From NCBI RefSeq assembly GCF_009914755.1, contig NC_060939.1: a stretch of 64,000 nucleotides of DNA; one strand, written 5' to 3'. The notes beneath the pieces are model-generated. The model saw nothing but the letters and a program-made list of their open reading frames with translations. It was not told where the DNA came from and searched no databases. This DNA is from the human T2T-CHM13v2.0 reference genome, Homo sapiens. The position numbers were made by a program, and so were the translations under genes. Shown here one piece after another: positions 56,086 to 64,000 of the stretch. How positions within the stretch are numbered: the stretch's first letter is position 1; each line of letters opens with the position of its first letter.

Positions 56086-56765
56086 CTTAGATAAGAAAAG
56101 AAGTAAACGTTAACAAGGTTATTTCTGCCTGCCCCTAGCTACCTCTGGCTTTTCCAGATTCTCAACACCCTGGTTATCCCTACCACCAAGGCTCCTATCC
56201 ACCACTGTCAACTTTTCCCATAATTGCTTCTTTACTACAAACCCAAAGGAAGGGTTGGTTAATTGGAAAAGGCAGAATTCCTATACTGTAAGATCCAGAA
56301 TTTTTTTTGAGACAGGATCTCACTCTGTTGCCCAGGTTGGAGTGCAGTGGCACGATCAAACTTACTGCTGCCTTGACCTCACAGGCTTGTGCCACCATGC
56401 CCAGCTAATTTGTTCTATGTTTTGTAGAGACAGGATCTCACTGTGTTGCCTAGATTATCTTGAACTCCTGGGCTCAAGTGATCCTTCCACCTCTGCCTCC
56501 CAGAGTGCTGGGATTATAGGCCTAAGCCATTGCACCCAGCCCCAGATTTCTAAAATTATAAGCTTTACTCCTATTTAATGTTCCTATCGTGCTGCAGTAA
56601 TATGGCTATATTGGCTGTGAGTTAAATATCCTCATCCTGTCCCTAGAAAAACAGAAGCAACTCATAACTTCCCTGGTATCCTACCTATTCCCTCTGGAGA
56701 TTTTCATTACAGTAATTATTCTCCCCCTGTTTCAACAAGGTGAGAAAAAAGAAACCTGGATTTAC

Positions 56766-56916
56766 CTCTGTGTTGTGAATTTCTAGCGTTGTTTTCTTAT
56801 AATGATTCATGTTCTCCACGCCTAGATTGGTCACTGTGAGGAAGCCAAATCGGATCCGAGAGTCTTTTTCTAAAGGCCAGTACTGGCCACACTTTCTCCT
56901 GCCGCCTTCCTCAAAG
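56766..56916 (-). CDS. PTPN9: PTPN9 exon (FEEGGRRKCGQYWPLEKDSRIRFGFLTVTNLGVENMNHYKKTTLEIHNTE)
   Basis: KCxxYWP motif. Acceptor ttcag|C at 56917/56916, donor GAG|gtaaat at 56766/56765. 151 nt, phase-consistent. Confidence 0.96.
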
Positions 56917-57463
56917 CTGAAGACACACAGAGCAAGGTAAGCCTTCCATCGTTCCTCTCCACAGCAGTAACCTGGCTTCCCCAAAGACCTGATATACCCC
57001 CAGGCAGCAATATCATCTCTTGCATTGCTTCTAACTTACACCATTGATTCTCAGCAGAAAGGAAAGGAAACCTCTTCATTCTAAACAAATGTACTCACAG
57101 CTAAAGTTTCTGCATGTACTCATATAGCAGACAGTTACTGAGCACTTACTACAGCATTTGGTCTTTTTCCTAATACGCAATAGTACGTCTCACATATGTG
57201 GGATAAATACTGGGTGAACAGAGACAAAAACAGTATAGTAGCTGGGTATAGTGGTGCATGCCTGTAATCCCAGCTACTTGGGAGGTTTAGGCAGGAGAAT
57301 CACCTAAGACCAGGAGTTTGAGACCAGCCTGGGTAACATCATGAGACTCCATCTCAAAAAAGAAAAAGAAAAAGAAAAAAAAAGAGTAGAGAAAATATGA
57401 AAATATGATAGGTCAGAGAGAACTCTCTGATAAACTGATAAACACACATCTACTGGTATGTTA

Positions 57464-57736
<273 letters not shown>

Positions 57737-58358
57737 TCATGCCTGTAATTCCAGCACTTTAGGAGGCCAAGGTGGCGGATCACCTGAGGTCAGGAGTTCG
57801 AGACTAGCCTGGCCAACACGGTGAAACCCCATCTCTACTAAAAATACAAAAATTAGCCAGGCATGGTGGTGGGCACCTGTAATCCCAGCTACTTGGGAGG
57901 CTGAGGCAGAATAGCTTCAACCTGGGAGGCGGAGGTTGCAGTGAGCTGAGATCGCACCACTTAAGGTTGCAGTGAGCTGAGATCGCACCACTTAACTCCA
58001 GCCTGCACAATAGAGTGAGACTCTTGTCTCAAAAAAAAAAGGCCTAAATCTACCTTGCCACCCTCCAGTGGCCCCAAAGTATTCCAAGGTAGAACTTCTC
58101 CCACTACCTCCTCTCCAAATAAGTGGTGGTTATAACAGTGCTAAGGAAGGGAATTTAACATTCACATTCATTTTTTTCCTTCCTCATCTGAAATAGGTTA
58201 TTCCTTAAATTTGCCAGATTTGTAGACCAAAATTTCAAAAATATTCCTTTCATTAAAATCTTCCGGCCAGGCGCGGTGGCTCACGCCTGTAATCCCAGCA
58301 CTTTGGGAGGCCGAGGCAGGCGGATCACGAGGTCAGGAGATCGAGCCCATCCTGGCTA

Positions 58359-58674
<316 letters not shown>

Positions 58675-59377
58675 TCAAGACCAGCCTGACCAACATGGTA
58701 AAACCCCATCTCTACTAAAAATCCAAAAATTAGCTGGGCATGGTGGCACGTTCCTATAATCTCAGCTACTCAGGAGAATCACTTGAACCCAGGAGGCAAG
58801 GGTTGCGGTGAACTGAGATCGAGCCATTGTACTCCCACCTGGGTGACAGAGCAAGACACCATCTCCAAAAAAAAAAAAAAAAGATATTAGCCAGGCGTGG
58901 TGGCACATGCCCGTAATCCTAGCTATTCGGGAGGCTGAGGCAGGAGAATTGCTTGAACCTGGGAGACGGAAGTTACAGTGAGCCAAGATCGTGCCACACT
59001 GCACTCCAGCCTGGTGGCAGAGTGAGACTCCATCTCAGAAGAAAAAAAAAAAAAGTAGCAACAAATGGAGAGCAAAGGGAATCTGGTAATTCAGGAGTCA
59101 GGAAGGCAGCACCCCTCTGGAAATAGGGAACAGATAAAAGGAGAATTGTCCCATGTTTCCCAGAACTTCCTTTAGTGGATAAGGCCAGGACCTCAAAATA
59201 GGGTATAACTGGCACAGGGTTGCCAGAGCCAGGGATTAAAGCTTTAACAAGTTAGATCTATTCATCTCCACCATACCCGGGTTGTGGATTAGCTAAGAGA
59301 TATCTCAAAATCTTTGCCCTGGCTTTCCTAATCCTCAATTTTTTTTTTTTTAATTGAGACAGAGTCTCGCTCTGTAG

Positions 59378-59542
<165 letters not shown>

Positions 59543-59776
59543 TAATTTTTTGTATTTTTAATAGAGACGGGGTTTCACCAGGCTGGCCAGGCTAGTCTGG
59601 AACTCCTGACCTTGTGATCCGCCTGCCTTGGCCTCCCTAAGTGCTGGGATTACAGGCGTGAGCCACCGTGCCAGGCTGACCCTCATTATTTCTAAAAGCT
59701 AAACTTCCCTCTTTAATCACCCATGCCTAGGGACAGAGTGGAGGTGGAGACCTTTGGAAAAAAGGGATTAACTCAC

Positions 59777-59855
59777 CGGGTGGTCATGACAATCACCAAG
59801 ACTTTTTGCTCCCATACCATGAGCCAGAAATCACGATAGGTATTCTCCAAAGGAC
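59777..59855 (-). CDS. PTPN9: PTPN9 exon (GPLENTYRDFWLMVWEQKVLVIVMTTR), PTP catalytic domain
   Basis: ORF 59773..59976. Acceptor ttcag|GT at 59856/59855, donor CG|gtgagt at 59777/59776. Carries the DFWxMVW PTP motif. Confidence 0.96.
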
Positions 59856-59986
59856 CTGAAATAAAAGGAGAAGACAAGAAACATGACTCTGGGAAACACT
59901 TTTTTTCTTTTGTAGGCGCTTCTGTTTTACTCCCCAATGGTAACTCCAAACCATAGATGGTTAGCTCCCTGCTCATCTTTCCACAT

Positions 59987-60110
59987 CCCTGCTATTCAGT
60001 ATAGTCCGTGGACCAATCACACCAGCATCGTATGGGAGAGTGTAAGAAACATGAATCTGCATGTCAACGAGATCCCCAGGTGAGTCGTAGGTAGGTTTGG
60101 GAAGCACTGC
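59987..60110. mobile_element. MER5-family fragment
   Basis: gtccgtggacca...gaatctgcatgtcaacgagatccccaggtga...tttgggaagcactg. Confidence 0.65.
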
Positions 60111-60398
60111 TACATACCCTCTCAGAGTCTTAATCATCAGAACTTCAGCCATCACATCCAGGCTGACAGTGTCAAACTGTAAGAATCTCTAGCTGTTTTC
60201 ATCTCACCTAAGCTTCAGTTTTATAATCACAGATTGCTTACTAAACCATTAACCTTCTGTTTCCCATAATCTCAGATCCATTATGTCTGTAACTAAGTCT
60301 CCTCCTTCAAAATTAGCTTTATCTTGGCCGGGTGCAGTGGCTCATGCCTATAATCCCAGCACTTTGGGAGGCCATGGCAGGCAGGTTGCCTGAGCTCA

Positions 60399-60620
<222 letters not shown>

Positions 60621-62399
60621 TTAGCTTTATCTTGCAACTTTCTTATCTCTGTTAACAATACTAGCATTCTTAAATCATTCAGTCTTAAAAAGGTGAAGTC
60701 AACACTGACTTACCCATTTCCTTCATCTCCCAGAAGCAGTCAGTCACCAAATCCTAGAGATTTTTTACCTTTGAAATGTTTTTGGTTTTTATTCTTTTGC
60801 CCTCATCTTCTCCCCATCCTGTTCTTCCTGCTCGATTTCACTGACACAAAGACCACGTCATCTTCTAAGTTACTGTAACACCCTCTTAGTCTACTTTTTT
60901 GAATAGGCCTTTTTCCCTTCCAATCTACTCTGGGAAACCCCACCAGTTTAATCTTTCTTAAAAATTACTTCATCAGAACATAGACACACCATGCTCACTT
61001 TGGCCTCTATTCTTTCGCTCAAGCTGTCTCCGTCACCTCCAATGCTATTCATTTTCTACCCATTTTCAAGTGCCACCTCTTCCTTGAAGCTTTCTCTGAC
61101 CACCGCATTCCTTGTGAAGCTTCTTCTCTTTTGCTTTTGATGGCACAGCTGGATCTATACAGGTTGACCATTTAATTTATATACTCTTCCATCCATTATT
61201 TTACTTTGTGGGAATTAATGATATCTCACTAAACATGGTCCTAAGGACAAAGGATTACAGGTGTGAGCCACTGCACCTGGCCAAATTCTCCTTTGCACAG
61301 GGCTGAGCACTCAGGGCTGAGCACTCAGCAATAACTTTGAAGATACTTGTGGGCTACCAACTCCACTTTGATCAAGACAGTAACCGGCCGGGCGCAGGGC
61401 TCACACCTGTAATCCCAACACTTTGGGAGGCCGAGGCAGGTGGATCACTTGAGGTCAGGAGTCCGAGACCAGCCTGGCCAACATGGTAAAACCCCGTCTC
61501 TACTAAAAATATGAAAATTAGCTGGGCACGATGGCAGGTGCCTGTAATCCCAGCTACTCGGGAGCCTGAGTTAGGAGAATTGTTTGAACCCAGGAGGCGG
61601 AGGTTGCATTAATTGCATTAAACCAAGATCGCACCATTGAACTCCGGCCTGGGCGACAGCAAGACTCCATCTCAAGAAAAAAAAAACGTAACAACTCAAG
61701 ATAATTCCTTATACTTTCTGGGTGTTTCTTTCCTCTCTGCTTTCAGGAAAGCAGGGCAGTACTAATGGTTAATTTTGGTCTAGAAGTCTGCTGGTTCTAC
61801 TACCCTTATTGCTAAGTCTTTTAGCAAGCACTAACATGATACTGGAATACCCTCTCTGCAGAAGTGGATGATGTCAAAAACGTGAGATCTTAGAAATACA
61901 CTAAATATCCAATAAGAGAGGATTAATTAAATTATGACGTATCAGGTGGGGTGCAGTGGCGCACGCCTGTAATCCCAGCACTTTGGGAGGATGAGGCAGG
62001 CAGATCACTTGAGCCCAGAAGTTTGAGACCAACCTGGGCAACATTGCAAAACCCTGTCCCTACAAAAAATACAAAAACTAGCCAGGTGTAGTAGCACATG
62101 CCTGTAGTCCCAGCTACTCAGGAGACTGAGGTGAGAGGATCACCTGTGTGTGCCTGGAGAGGCCAAGGCTGCATTGAGCCATGATCGTGAACCATGATCA
62201 TACCACTCTGTCACCCAGCCTAGGTGACAGAGTGAGACCCTGTCTCAAAAATAAATAAATAAATAATAGCATACCATAATTTATACAGTCTATAAAGTTG
62301 ATGTTGTAAGAGCTGTATTTTTTGCTATGGAAAGGTATTCACAGATACCATTAAATGAAACAAGAGATAGTATAGAAAGAGCACATTTGGTTAAATTAA

Positions 62400-62639
<240 letters not shown>

Positions 62640-63492
62640 TGATCTGCCCGCCTTGGCCTCCCAAAGTGCTGGGATTACAGGCTTGAGCCACCGTGCCCGG
62701 CCTGGTTAAATATTTTGTATGCCTATATCTGCATGTATGCATAGATAAAGGTCTAGGAGGAGATGCTGTAAAATGTTAACATTATCTCTGGGTCCTAGGG
62801 TTATGAGGGATTATTTTTGTTTTCTAAATGTTCTACAATGGACATGCATTACCCTAGTATACACATCAAGAAGACAGTAAGGACACCTTTTCCACATCTC
62901 TGACCCTCAGCCTCATCCACATCCTACTCTCCTGCACCACAGCAACTCTCATATACTTCATTTTCCACATTCAGACCACTGGCAGAATTGGAGTACTGAG
63001 CAGTCAGAGCATATGGTAACTCAGTTACCAGACTGGGGCTGGGCAAACTTCTCACAGGCTCAAGAGAGATACTAAGAAGGGAAAGTTGTACTTCCCAGCT
63101 TAGACCCTTTAACAGTAAACTTCTCTCAAGAAATAAAGTCAGCAGTTTATACTGACATAGGTGAAACAATCCACAGACATGGCTTGTAAAAACTTCTGAA
63201 CCAAACAAACATGGGTTCAAACCCTGGTTCTGCCACTTACTAGCTGCATGGTCCAAGGTCACGTAAACTTTTGGGTTTCAGTTTGCTCATCTATAAATTA
63301 ATAAACCTCCCTTGCAGAGTCTCTATAATAATTAGATAGCATTTATGCATCTGATATATAATAGGTCTTCTCAATAGATGACATCATTAATAGAAATATA
63401 GGCCAGGCGTAGTGGCTGATGCTTGTAATCCCAGCACTTTGGGAGGCCGAGGTAGGCAGATCACTTCAGGCCGGGAGTTCGAGACCAGCCTA

Positions 63493-63687
<195 letters not shown>

Positions 63688-64000
63688 TTAATTAATTAAT
63701 TAATTAAAAATAAAGAAGTTGCAGACATTATGATATTTTATTCCTAAATACTTGAGCACTTACTAGGAAAACAAGGACCTCCTCCTATAGAACATTACCA
63801 TTATCACCTTAAGCATACATTAAACATGGATACAATGTTGGCTAAAAAAAATCTCCAATTGTCTCAATAGTTTGTCTTCAATAGATTTTTTTCTCCCAGT
63901 TGAGGATCTAATCAGATACTCTTTTTTTTTTTTTTTTTTTTTTTTTGAGACAGAGCCTTCCTCTGTCGCCCAGGCTGGAGTGCAATGGCGCAGTCGCAGT

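Overview
Primate (very probably human, 15q24) genomic DNA, not microbial. Two protein-coding genes lie in tandem on the minus strand. (1) The 5' half of SIN3A: non-coding first exon(s) in a ~6 kb CpG island (36.4-42.3 kb), then coding exons 16278-16466 (start codon), 8738-8914 and 296-402 (start of PAH1). (2) The 3' end of PTPN9/PTP-MEG2: coding exons 59777-59855, 56766-56916, 55878-56085 and 54855-55069, plus a 3' UTR with several candidate poly(A) signals. A processed HMGN2 pseudogene, split by two Alus, lies antisense in a SIN3A intron. Roughly half the window is Alu (estimated by eye), with older MaLR LTR, Tigger2a, MER20, MER96B, MER5, L1, L2 and MIR relics. I see no evidence of a wholly new gene system. 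The best leads are regulatory: a 4-codon uORF whose stop overlaps the SIN3A start codon; a read-through plus intronic poly(A) route to a PAH-less SIN3A fragment; an array of 7 co-oriented CCAAT boxes; signs of divergent + strand transcription from the CpG island; and alternative polyadenylation of PTPN9 that would switch miRNA seed sites and an inverted-Alu pair in or out. Repeat boundaries and subfamily names come from recalled consensus sequences and are approximate.
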